A stretch of 63,158 bases of DNA, the filler included, from Dirinaria sp. TL-2023a (taxonomy: Eukaryota): the NCBI GenBank assembly GCA_051941275.1. It is 2 parts of 2 records of this genome, joined end to end, with 100 filler letters (N's around TTAATTAATTAA, not from the genome) between each part and the next. Parts side by side here need not be neighbours in the genome. Positions count along the whole stretch, not along the records: positions 1 to 31,554 come from JAVEBF010000091.1; 1 more part is not named here. One strand, 5' to 3'. A model generated the notes under the pieces. The model saw nothing but the letters and a program-made list of their open reading frames with translations. It searched no databases and was not told where the DNA came from. Positions within the stretch are counted from its first letter, which is position 1, and every line of letters starts with the position of its first letter. The position numbers were made by a program, and so were the translations under genes. Shown here one piece after another: positions 1 through 12,058 of this stretch.

Positions 1-1575
1 CAAATTGACAGAACGCCTTCCCTCGCAGGATGGATATCTCTAGCTGCAGTGTCTATTTCTGATGAAAAGAGCTAGTACGTAATACTACTTTAGCTATCGT
101 GAGCGAGAGGACCGAAGATATGATTCGGCGAATGAATGAAGCTATTATTCGTGGGGACTCGCGCGCTTTTGAGGTCTGCAAATGAATATCCTCGCTGCAG
201 CAAAGGGCCCTTCTTAATTAAAAATAAGAAAAGGGAGCAAAACGATGCTGAATTCAAGTGCAGTGCGTGTTAAATATGGAACAGAGTGTAGGGAATCTTG
301 ATCCTCTATGAGGAAGAGAGATGGATGGATGAGTGAAGAGGTGGTGAAAAGCATTTGGGATGTTTGAAGATGCGGAGTAGGTGGTCGATGATAAAGCGAT
401 GGAGAGACTGCTTAAAGAAACATTGTTTATGATAAGATCATGCTATGATAAACAAAAGAAAGGTAAAGCAAATCAAAGTTTCCGCATTGCAATTACCCAC
501 GAAACACATCATTAGCTGCCCAGAAGCCCATGAGATATTACCTCAGCTTCCAGGGCTCAAAATGAGCTGTCGCACCAAAATTGGGTCTGAGCGGCCGACA
601 GTCAACAACTTGCAAAAAGTGTGAGGCATTATCCCTTATGATGACGTATTGAAAGATCTCACATTAATCACAGCATAGGTAATTATGCATATTGGGAGAA
701 CTCCTCAAGACCAGAGGCCTTGTTCCTCGGTCGCTAGAATTTATCGAAGGAAGGGTGAGCTGCGATGTGATAGCTCATTTTGATACAGGGACATTAGGTA
801 GCTTCTAGTCTCATGTGAACATCCCGATTTTCGACAACGATGGCTTAAAGCTAAAGGACAAGAGAATTAGCTTGCCTCCTGCTAAAAAAAACAGCTATTC
901 AGTCCGGAAATGCGTTTCGCAGCATTTCAAGTCGTCGCTTATCACGTATACACGGACTTGCGGATCGTGAGGGTCAGGGATGAAAACCCTCTTATTCACA
1001 CCTTTTTGATATTCCTAGTACCCTTGCCCTCTTCTCCGTCTCAGCAATTCTGTCTTCGTCCCCTTCTTCATTTCGAGGGATCTGCAATCAATCGTGCTCT
1101 CAATTTGTTGTACATGCATTTCAACGATCTGCAGGGGAAAATACTGCCAAGAAAAAGAAAAGGTGCAGCCCCTTTGCCAAGAGGTAGTCTGAAGCTAAGC
1201 CTGATCGAGGTTTTTGATCTATCAACCGTCGAGCCACCAAATAGAACCACGGATGGACGGTTAGGCGGATAGCCAGCCGGTTCTGCAACCATTTCACCAC
1301 GAGTATCTTACTAATGATGCACGACCCCGCAGAAACAGCAAAAGTATCTGAAGTCCAGCCTTACCTTATCCGTGACTTGCCAGTGGATCTCTCAGCTATT
1401 TGCGGAGGGGCAATGCTGTATATATGATGTGCACCTGGCAACAGCGCTTCGATTCACATCCCCCAGACCCAATCTTCGCAAACGTTGGTTTTCTCAAATC
1501 CATTGAGCCTTTGAAAAAAAAAGTACATCCGATCCTCCTTTTGCCTAACAGCATTGAAATCTATACAGCTTAACA

Positions 1576-2193
1576 ATGGCCACCTCGTCCGCTACCAACA
1601 AACCTAAATCCTACTTCCCTCTGGGTGGCCAAGCTGAAGATGGATGGTCCACGGAAGATGAAGCGACGGCAACATGCTATTGTGGTGCCGTACAATTGGC
1701 ATTTGTATGTCTACCCTAATGATCCAAGCGTCTTCCTTTACACATTTCCCCTGACCCTATCCCTGACACCCTTCCACCACAGCCTACCAAACCTCCGGGA
1801 CTTACCGAAACATTCGCCTGCAACTGCGCCGACTGCCATAAATTCACCGCCTCCATGTTTGCCACCAACTTCACCGTCTTGAACACCCATCTCCGCAATA
1901 TCCGCGGCCAGGAGAACCTCAAGCAGTACTCCCAGTCCAAAACCATTGCGAGCGGCAACAACATGACAAACTACTTCTGCGGTACCTGTGGCAGCTTGTT
2001 GTACCGCATCAGCTCGGGCTTTCCGGACAAGAGCATTATGCGAGTCGGGACTGTCGACGATTTCACGTTGCATTCCACGGTACTAAGGCCTGGTATTGAG
2101 CAGTTCGTCCCGAGGAGGCCAGTATGGTTGCCGGATATCGACGGCGCGAAGCAGTATGAAGGCGAGTCCCACGGTGGAGAGACTCCGCTGTGA
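1576..2193 (+). CDS. GFA (glutathione-dependent formaldehyde-activating)/Mss4-like zinc-binding protein, 2 exons (1576-1704, 1783-2193), ~179 aa
   Basis: Removing the intron GTATGT(1705)..CAG(1782) gives MATSS...ATCYCGAVQLAF-PTKPPG...CNCADCHK...YFCGTCGS. The CxC, CxCxxC and FCxxCG motifs are typical of the GFA family. Confidence 0.9.
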
Positions 2194-3760
2194 GAGAAGT
2201 TGGAGTTTGGTATGCAATCTCCATCGCCCTAGAATCCGTTGCTGAATGCACTTTGACACATGAATCCGTACATAACCTGGAGACACTGACATTGAGACAT
2301 GTAAATGCATAGGCTTTGCTCCTCCGGATGTCCTGAGGCTGGCATGTGCAGCACAAAGAACCTCAATCCATGCATGAGCTCATTCAACGAGATGACACAG
2401 AGGATGTCAAAGGAACAGGAATGACCAGCGTAACGACTTATCTAGCAATCAACATATATGTCGGCAGATTTCTAATGTTATTAAGCACCCCTACCACAAA
2501 CGCTCTAATACTGAACCAAGAGATGAGTCGCTATCTGTACCGAGGCTAGTGTGAGCGTAAATGGCTGGCATGTGATAAAAGCCCACACGAAAGCTTTTGC
2601 TGCTAAAGCAGCCTCCTTTCCCTGTCGCGTATCCTCATTGCTTTTTGGAGCAGCGCAAACTCTCCCTTAAGCTGCTCAGCGTTCTCTTGTAACAACTTTT
2701 GTTCTTCTTTAGGCAGGATCCAATGTGCTATCCAACCTGTTAGAAACCGTTGAACGCCATGATGTTTCTAGGAAGGCCCTGAAGTCACCATATATCTCGA
2801 CCGTCGCCTATACAACCATCTGACCACGACCCCTGACCAACACTAACTAGGTAAGGTGCAACAGGAGCGTCCTTTGCAACACATTATTGGCTGTCAACGG
2901 ACTCTGTCTCTCTTGTGACGAGCATCGGAGAATGTGTAAAGATCGCAAACGAGCGTTATGGATAAAGCACTACTGAAAGCCAAAATTAAACATCGAAGGT
3001 GCGCTTGATTAAAGGCCTTGACTTGGCATCCACCCAGCGCCAACCCAAAAATGAGGTCCAGATTAGATGGTGCTATTTATGGAAAAACTAGTCACTCTCC
3101 GTCAGGCTTGTCTTTGGTCATGTGACTCAAAACCAATGTTTATTGGTTCTGTAACTTAAGTCAAGCGATCTTCGAAGCTGCTAGCTCAGTCCCTACAATT
3201 ACATCATCTAGTGCTGACAATGAATAGATCAACCACCTGAACTATCTGGAGATACGATAAAGTGCTTACACTACGATGTAGCCGTATTTTCTGTCAGATA
3301 TGCATAGATTTTAGGTATGTGTGTTTAGCGAGTCTTATTGTAGGCCCGTGGGATGTGCACAACTAATTGCAACAAGGCAAACTAGGGGAGGCTGCTGACT
3401 TAGGGATGCCATGATTCTCATGCGCGATGCGACAAGTGGAAATAGATTCCACAGCATCTCATTTCAGTAACCAATTTTTTGGTTCTCGCCCTAGGCAGGT
3501 GTGAAGTTGGTGAGGTTAGCACTAGATCCCTCCACAGCAAGCCTTCCTTCCAGGTATAAGTATCTCATGATCTCCTTCAATCAGGTTGTGTCTTCAAAAA
3601 AAAAAAAAAAAACTCTCAGTACCTTCTCATTTCTTCCTTGGATTATACAAGCATAGCACTTCTCCATCCACTTTCATATTCTCTCTTCTGCTTTACTTTG
3701 ATTTCTTGGGCTCTAGAAACCAAACTTTCATCAGCCTTAATAGTCTTACACGTCCTCGAA

Positions 3761-4497
3761 ATGCTGTTTTCTACGCTCATACTCGGGGCGCAACTCAGTG
3801 CAGTTGCCCTCGCACTACCTGCATCCCTCAATCACTCCACAACCCTCCCCAATATCAAAGGCCCCAACAGCAACGCCGACAACAGCGACCTCATGAGCTC
3901 GCTCTCCTCGCCCCAACAGCAAAAGACCGCATCGCGCTCATCCCCAACGACGCCGACTTCGTCTACGACTTCAACAACCCGCCCGGGGGCACCACGACAA
4001 CCGGCAAAGGTGGCCACACGGTGCGCGCCGACCGCGACGCATTCCCCGCTCTCGTCGGCACCGGAGTGAGCATGACGCTCGGCTTCCTCGGCCTCTGCGG
4101 CTTCAACACGCCGCACACGCATCCGCGCAGCTTCGAGATCAACGTTGTCGTTAAAGGCAGTCTGGTGGCCGAGTTCACGCTCGAGATCGGGGCGCGCACC
4201 ATCGGCAACCGGCTCGCGACGAACCAGATGACCGTCTTCCCCCAGGGAGCGCTTCATACCGAGTTCAACCCAGGATGCGACGATGCGCTGTTCGTGGCGG
4301 GCTTCGCCGGCGAGGATCCGGGCTTGCAGCAGGCCGCGCAGACGTTTTTTGCCTTGAATGATGATATTGTCGAGGCGGCGTTGGCGCATGATACGTTTGA
4401 CGGCGCGGATCTGGAGAAGTTCCGCAGTTTGATTCCCCCGAATGTGGCGCAGGGTGTGGAGAAGTGCTTGAGTCAGTGCCACATGAGTAAGAGGTAG
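3761..4497 (+). pseudogene. Secreted spherulin-1/germin-like cupin with a 1-nt frameshift near 3900 (pseudogene or sequencing error)
   Basis: The signal peptide MLFSTLILGAQLSAVALA (ATG 3761) is in one frame. The cupin motifs G.CGFNTPHTHPR..E and FPQGALHTEFN are in the frame of ORF 3586..4497. There is no intron signal at the switch. Confidence 0.8.
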
Positions 4498-4956
4498 GAC
4501 CTGGGACGAAGAGCCTCTGAATCAATTACGCGGCTCGAGCTGTGGCGATACTTCTACTGAAAAACGTTTTCTAGGACGAGCTTTTAATGTTGTTGCCAAT
4601 CCGAGGTGGATTTTTGACTTGCATTTGAAGCGTTTGGCGTGCTCATTGGATAGTGTGTTGCTTCTGCCGGGCATTGTAAATCTGGCCTGAATTTTCTTCT
4701 ATTCATTTTATATCAGGAACAAGCCTGCCGCTGGTGTGGCTGGCTTACGAAGGTCTTTTATCGGGACATTTTCAGACAGCACTACGTTCGAAAATCACCA
4801 CTCTTGTCCGCTTAAAATCGAGCGCACCTCCCTTACTCCTATCACAAAACATACAAATCAGTCGAGAGTAACAGCTTTGGGATACTATCTACCATCTCGC
4901 CACCTAGATACACTGGGTTGCATGAAGAGACAGAAGCGAGAATACGCCGACTACTA

Positions 4957-5602
4957 CTATTTACTAGTCGTGGTGCCGACCAGGTTGTCAATGACAAACG
5001 ACGTGAGGGTCGTAGGTGTCACGGTGAACACAACATTGACCAAATTAGTAAATTTACTCGAGAATTCCCCGAAAGAGAGCGGATTCATCAAATCAACCGC
5101 CTGCTGCGGTGTGAAGACGAACTCCTGTTTCGTTACCGGGGCCGATGAACCGGCTTTATACCCCGTCACGGTGACGTTGCAAGCTTTAGCCGTTGACGCG
5201 ACACCTTGCTTGGCCGACAGTACACAGCCGTAGTACCACGAGTGCAGCGCGAAGGATTTGGTTTTGGAGTTGGTATACTGCGATGATACGGAACGCGGAG
5301 TTCTACCCGAGAGGGCGACGTTGGGGTCGGAGTGTGGGATGACTCCGTCTGCAGATTGGTTGAGTAAAGCGGTATCGGCGACGTCGAAGCCCGTGTAGTT
5401 GAGACCCTTGTATACACCGACTGGGGTGAGAGTCCCCTTCGCGGGGATGGTGAACTCATCATCGTACTGTAGATGATGGGTCAGAAAAAACCGTCTATCT
5501 TGACATTTGAGGCCTTACGCTAGCATTGAACGCTGAAGTTGTGGCGGCGCATCGTGTGATCAAGAAGCCAAGGCAGAATATAGCGGCAGAGAGATGGAGC
5601 AT
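4957..5602 (-). CDS. Small secreted uncharacterised protein, 2 exons (5602-5519, 5466-4957), ~197 aa
   Basis: Signal peptide MLHLSAAIFCLGFLITRCAA and intron GTAAGG..CTGAC..CAG. The open second exon (YDDEFTIP...YKGLNYTGF...SWYYGC...CNVTVTGYK...FVIDNL) joins ORF 4957..5169. Appears beta-strand rich. Confidence 0.8.
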
Positions 5603-7860
5603 GATGGATTACTCAGAAAAGTGTGCGCTTATGATCGAGGCTAGTAGGACCAAAAGGTCTTGTATGACAGTTGATGTGAAAGAATGAGGAGACGGCTAGT
5701 TACACACAGTAGGTCACACTCACGTCCTTTTATATCGACTGCGATCCCCACCACCTGCTGGGTCTCGACTCGATCACTTGACACGCAGACGTCTGTGGAT
5801 TGCCGAATTGACAAATTTATTGACAAATTTATTAGATGACCGAGAGACTCCGTGGACCAAGAGAGCCTACTCCACGCGTAGAGGGTTCTCGATCGTCCCA
5901 TCGTGCATGTTGTTCCCTCTATTCTGGGACTTCCAGATATCCACATCGTGCTAAATTGTCGTCATTATCACATCATTTCCCAAACTTCTGAACAAGAAGA
6001 TTTGCGTTGATAAAACCAGGACGCATGACGCGACGCTAGATCAAAATGGACAGAGGCAGCAGAATAATAGGGAACCACACGGCGTACACCACCCTACTTT
6101 GCTCGCACACCATCCGCTCATTCTAAGACTTTGCAGGCGGTTTCTCACCGCTTACTCCGTGGTTTATGTAAGGAGTATACCAAGTTGCTCTTGAAATACC
6201 GCGTCGATGACAGTGACGTTGAGTAAGTCGTTCAGTAATTCGAGATACTTTTGTCTTGAAGCTGTACTGGAGTCTTGGCATCATTCGGAAGTTTTTCCTC
6301 GCGGTTCCAACTTATTCATCTCGGAGACATGCACGGCGAGCATTAGCAGACTCAAGATCTTTGACACTAATCAATAATTCTCGATTTTTTCCCAAGAAAT
6401 TACCTTGTCCAATTTATCACTAATATAAAAGAGGCAGTATGGCATCTTAGGGTGGTGTACGCCCAGAGGCTCTCTTATAATATTCGTCATGATTTGAGAG
6501 AAGGAAGGAAGAAAGCAAAAAAACTCCCTCAATGTCCCTAGCAAAAGAAGGGACTGAAAGAAATTTTGTCGCATCTGCACAACCCAGGCCTGAAAACCAA
6601 ACGCTTCTGGGTGGTTCAAAACCTGAAACGGGCGGACTGCATAAAGAGAGGGTGTGTAAGTAGCTACTCAAACCCCAAAGCCGAGCATGTCCGAGCCAAA
6701 TAGAAAGTGCGCACTACGCCTCATGGGACCAAATATTCTCAAATGTTGTATATTGGGTCTGGGCCTCGCCGGCACCGGAGACGGCTGCATAGCAAGCAGA
6801 GAATGGATCGAAGACAGTATGACTCTTAGCGCCAACAAATCCAGTTTACAGATGCAACCAGTATCTCCAGTGGATGCGTGGAGAAGAAATTACTTTCTCA
6901 ATGCGATGCGCCGATGCCAAATGCCATAACCAAAGCAAAGTCGATATCGAATCAAGAAGTCTCAGAAGGTGTTACAGGTACCCTTCACAGCGTATTTACT
7001 CCCATATACACTGCCGAAACTACTGCCGGACTGGATCGCACCCTATTCCAGACTCTAGCTATGTGAAGTCAATGACCAGGTCACTGGCTTTCATGTGCAT
7101 GTTTTCGACGGCTCATTGGACCGATTCATCACTGGAGAGCATCTGCCGGAAAACGTTCAATTTTGAGTTGTCGATGCATCGGAGTCCCCCAGACGATTGC
7201 AAGGAAACGACTTTATGTTGTCCAGGTTAGACCACCAGAATCTGTTGTGACAGACGATTACATATCGCATTTCTTCCTTCACTGCATGCAGCTTCTTGGA
7301 CTCAGCAATTACCTCAAACAGGAAGAGCCTGATTCCGTGACGTTGGTCTTGCACAAGCATAACGAAAAGGCGCAAAGCCTTCAGAGATTGGCGGAAATAC
7401 TGCGTACGAGTACCCGTGTAACAGCTAAATCAGTAGAGGTTCTGCATTGCCACTAGATACTGCCGGTGTCTAACTGGATCGGCAATCTATCATGTGGAGG
7501 AGCAAAGGGTGTAAGTGATAATAGTGAAACCGAAGAGCGAGCCGGCATTTCATCACTACAGCATGATGACTTGTCTCCTCTATTTGGCTTTCGAATTGTA
7601 CGCCTATGTCTACTTGGAAGTACATTGACTTAGGACTACCATGTTCTGGAGATACGATGCCAGAGCTGATTCACGATAGCTTCAGCATGACCATGTCAGG
7701 ATTCCAGGCAGCGCATTCGCTTCAGACAGTTGTTACAAGGCGACCGCGTTGACCATTGAGCAACCGGTCAATGTAATACTACTAAAAGTGAGGCATTTAA
7801 CAGACTTCGTACAGCAGGCTATGAGAATTCCGGCCTGCATTTCAGCGATCAATTCCTCCG

Positions 7861-8657
7861 CTAGAAAGTTGGCTGTAAGAGGACCTTAGCAAGGTTCCCA
7901 GGCTGACTCAAAAAAGGTTCGTGACCGGACTTGATGCTTTTAATGGACCAGGTACTATCAATAACGCCTTTCAGCATCTGCAGCTGAAAATCAGGCGACG
8001 CACATTTGTCGTCTGTTGTAATGACATAGGTCTTGGGAACTGTAAGATGCCATGGAGCGTCGGGGACGGTCTCGGAGGTAAAATCGTTGCGGTGCCACTC
8101 GAATTTTGAGAGCCAGTGCATCTGAGCATCAGGCTCTAGATCATTCAACAGGAGGGGCACAGAGGACATATTTGGAATGCGGCAGCCGTTCTGCAAGATA
8201 TTATTAAGACTAGATGAGGGTAAAAGACTGGCAAGTATACCATCACGTCCAACCAAGGCGGTAGGTGGGAGTACTGCGCCGTCACAGCGTTTTCAGGTAG
8301 TAAGAAAGCAGCTATGAAGACGACCTCGATAATACCGTTGAAATGTCCGTTCTGCAGGCGGGTCGCCTTATCGAGGCCTTTGACGGCTCGACTACCTGGC
8401 CAGCCACCGTAGGAATGCAGAACAAGAACGACGTCTTGCTGCTCTTCTTTGCGATCGAGCTTGCTGGCAATAACTTCTCTGATTGCAATCACCTCGTCCC
8501 ATTGCTTGGTGCTTTCGGTACCATAGCCGCAAGTCGGATATGCGACAGCCACTGATTCTTGACCAAGGGCTGCCATCTATTGAATGAGGCCATCAAAGAA
8601 GGCAGGCGTGTGGGAAACTCCACCGACAAAGACATAGACAGGGTTTAATTTCGCCAT
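7861..8657 (-). pseudogene. Alpha/beta hydrolase (methylesterase-like, Abhydrolase_6 type) with an in-frame TAG at codon 27; intron 8240-8191
   Basis: Reads MAKLNPVYVFVGGVSHTPAFFDGLIQ*MAALG. Nucleophile motif VLHSYGG, acid TDDKC and His SGHEPF are all present. Intron GTATAC..TGCAG. Confidence 0.8.
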
Positions 8658-9559
8658 GGCGTGAACAGTCTTATTAGATTGGAAAGGATGAAGTTGAGAA
8701 AGACACTGGTCACGATGTCCTCGTACTCAAATACCGAGCGCTTACGAGGCAGACACCTTTTGGTCAAGATCGAGCTATCTACATTCCTGAAGTAGTGCAG
8801 CAAAGTACCGTCTGATTGGAAGGTACAGCATGCAGTGTCCGACGTCTGCTTTGCACTTGATGGTGTCCACCAAAAATACGCCCGTCCAATACAAATTCCC
8901 TGCTCCGACGTATGCGAGGTTGCCTGGTGAGGTAGGTGTATGGTGTTTACTTACGCAGCCAAGATAAAGTGCCTTACCTTACCATATGGAGGATCACATT
9001 TAGGCTCTAGCTAGCGCGATCAGCACCACTAATGCAGCGATCACCAGGAATTCGTTCCGGTGGCCACTTAAACCTCACCCGTAGGCGCCCTGCGGCACAC
9101 TCGCGCTGATGGCGCTAACGGGGATTTCAATCCGCAAGGCAGTCCGCTCTACCTTATCGTGATGCTACGTCAATGCTCATACAGCTGAAAAGCGATTTGG
9201 CAAGGATTGAGGGATCCACGGATAGAAGTTGTTCCCCGATTGGTGAAGTGAGCCATTATCTTGCTCTAAAGCTGTATATGCGACATATACTTCTTTCGTA
9301 TGTATTGTATGTTTCTGTTCATTGAAGCTGGGTTTGGAGCATAAAGCGTTCGTGAAGAATTGCATGGGATTTTTAGTAAAGAGTTCAACTCTGATACTAC
9401 TCGACAGATCTGTCTCGACGAAGTCGCCGGACGGCGGTCGAAGGTGACATTATGTGGTTAGACTCAGTCGTATGAAAATGAGGTTCCCAGGGTATAACCA
9501 TCAAATCGAAAATCGCTTTAAGGGCATCCCAATCTAACATCTAAGACACGTTCGTGGCT

Positions 9560-11300
9560 TTAACGACTTGCTCGCATCTTTCCACTCACTCCTCAATTGA
9601 ATATCAAGCTTAATGATACTAAAAGTACTTGATTGACGAGAATGACTCTATGCACGTTGAATTCGAATCACCGTAAGACAAGATACAGCTAATGCATCTT
9701 CCAAAAATAATCTAAAGCGCCCAGATGACTCAAACATCATAACTCAGATATAAGGCTGGAAACCAGCGCACAGCTCCTCTTTTCATCCATTTACTCCGGC
9801 TTTTCATTTATTCAAATGAAGAATAACGGACTTTCCTTCAAGTCCTCCACACATCGAACTGCAACTAAACTCAACATGCAACCCGTACAAGTACATGTAT
9901 CTCATGGTGAACAAGGCTCCCATCCCTCGAAGCAATCATCAACAATTCCTCGAATCCCCGTCAACAATTTCTCTCTGTTCTCATCTACTTTCGTCAGACG
10001 TTCATTCCACATATCTTGAAAGTATTCTCAATCTAAATCAGTGGACACAAGATGCAGATTATCGACTTATATACATCCTGTTAAAGCGTCTTTTCGTATG
10101 CTTCTAATGTCGACATCGAAAAAGTCCATTGCCTTCTCCTTGTCGTGATATCGTTCAATATTCTCTCTCAACACGAATGTTTCTCTAAAATTCCCTCTCA
10201 CGCAATATTTGACGTCTGATGCAATATCGCCTCAAAAATCCAACTCAATCGATCAAAGCGTCGTCAAAGAAGATTTCACAGACTTTGACAAATGTACAAT
10301 TCTGCGTATTAAAAAAAGATATCAGATCATATGTGAAAATAAAGTGAATTGCATTGATTCATCCGCGAAACTTCTTTTTTTTAAATTTGTTTTCGTTGTT
10401 GACGTATCGATATTGCTCTCGGTTTGATAATCGAGGTCAATGATATGTCGATCGTTGACATTATTCCTTTTTTTTTTTTTTTCTTTTTTGGGGGCAAGAT
10501 AGCGACGCTATAAGCATTCTCCTCAGCTTCAACAGTTAAATCTTCGATAACGTGTGAACTTCCAGTAATCAATTTCAATAACTCAAACTAGCAGTCACGA
10601 GTGTATATTACAAATTTCGCTCATCGCTTTCTCTCTTTGGTCAGTACTTATCTATCTGTACCTCTAAGCATGGCAACACCTATGTTTTTGCCTTGCGACA
10701 CTGTATATTACACTGCACCTCCCCATCCCATGTCTCGACATTTTTTCATATCGGAACTATACTATATAGATGATTCGCTGTCATCAGAAACGACGCACAT
10801 CTACAAAATCCTGGTTACTACAATCGAGACTTCAGATTTTGAAATCTATCTTTATGCGTAATAGTTCGCTTTGTATAAGATGGAGCCGATATTTTTTAAC
10901 TATACAGAAGCTCGACAGAACTTTTTCTTTTCTGGACGTCTATGCGTTCTTTACGACGGATTTTCTTCCAGGAAAGGTAGCAGCTCGGATATTAGTGAAG
11001 ATCGCAGTTGCTGCGTATAGCTTTTTTTCCTTTCGAATTTTTTATCCTAAACTCAATCTACTCTGCTCTTGCTGAAACATCCAAGTACCCCTCTAAGTTA
11101 TGCGTAGACGTCTTGGAAGTGGTATTGCGAAGCAATGATATGAAAATGTGCTTGAGACCAGTCGATAAATCAAAATCTCTCTATGAAGGATTCGATCATA
11201 CGACATGATTTACCTGCATGTATATCTATACATAAGACGATGCGCACATATATTACTCTCCTTCTATAGAGTGGCCGAAGATAAAATTCCCTGCGTAGAA
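9560..11300. other. AT-enriched, CC/GG-depleted tract without intact ORFs; probably mutated repeat or gene relics
   Basis: By eye GG and CC are scarce while CG, TC and GA are common (e.g. 10200-10440). Only short ORFs are present. Confidence 0.55.
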
Positions 11301-12058
11301 GATCCTAAGAGTCATCTGGAATAACAGCGATGTGGACTATCTTCCCATACCGGCGACCAGAAGATGCTACGCGGAAGAAAATACGAAAGAAGAACCCTAA
11401 AACAGAACAATCAGTATATAGATAGATATGCTAATAGAAACAAGATTAACCAGAAATTACGACGTAGAAAGGTGGTGCTGCAGCGGTAAAATATGTTCCG
11501 CGAACAAACCTTGGTTTTCCAATTCCATTTCTCACACCCACTCTATACAGCTGTACCCAATCATTTTTCTCTTTTTCTTTTTCTTGAGGGGTTCTCTCGG
11601 TATTTGATCTTGTTGTCTCTTTTTTTTTTTTCAAAAAAAAGTTGATATCATAATCGAAGCTGTATCCGAAGACTGACTTCACTATCCTCCAAAAGGACAT
11701 TCAAGTCAAATACCCGCCCATGGATGAAGTGTCTTACCTCGCTGTAGTGCCTGCTTGTCATACGATGCTGGTTGGGGAACTCAGGGTGTATAGGTGGAAT
11801 TATCAGCGACTAAGCTGGAAACGTTGCAAGGGAAGAGTACACCTTGTTGGCTGTGCAGTAGTGATTGAATAGATCATAGGATAATTGCAATTCTACATAT
11901 GTAATAAATTGTATGGATGGGTTATATGCAGACTGAGCGCTGACTGTTAGTTAACTCGTCAACAATTTTGATAGAGTATTCCGCATATTCTCAGAACTGT
12001 TTAGAAAGGCAAATCAACAGCAAATAGCCACAAGAACATACATTAATCATCATTTCCA

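Noticed and set aside
910..1292. ORFs 910..1272 (+) and 1068..1292 (-)
   Set aside because: No recognisable motifs; they lie in the promoter region of the GFA gene and are likely spurious.
3832..4482. 216-aa antisense ORF over the cupin, and similar shadow ORFs over other GC-rich genes (e.g. 50290..50961)
   Set aside because: Explained by codon bias of the real gene on the opposite strand.
5807..5833. 12-bp tandem duplication ATTGACAAATTT
   Set aside because: Only two copies; ordinary slippage.
9109..9160. tRNA-like fragments on the minus strand (GGTAGAGCG ... GGATTGAAATCCCCGTTAGCGCCA)
   Set aside because: The spacing is too short, there is no anticodon arm or matching acceptor stem, and the T-stem does not pair.
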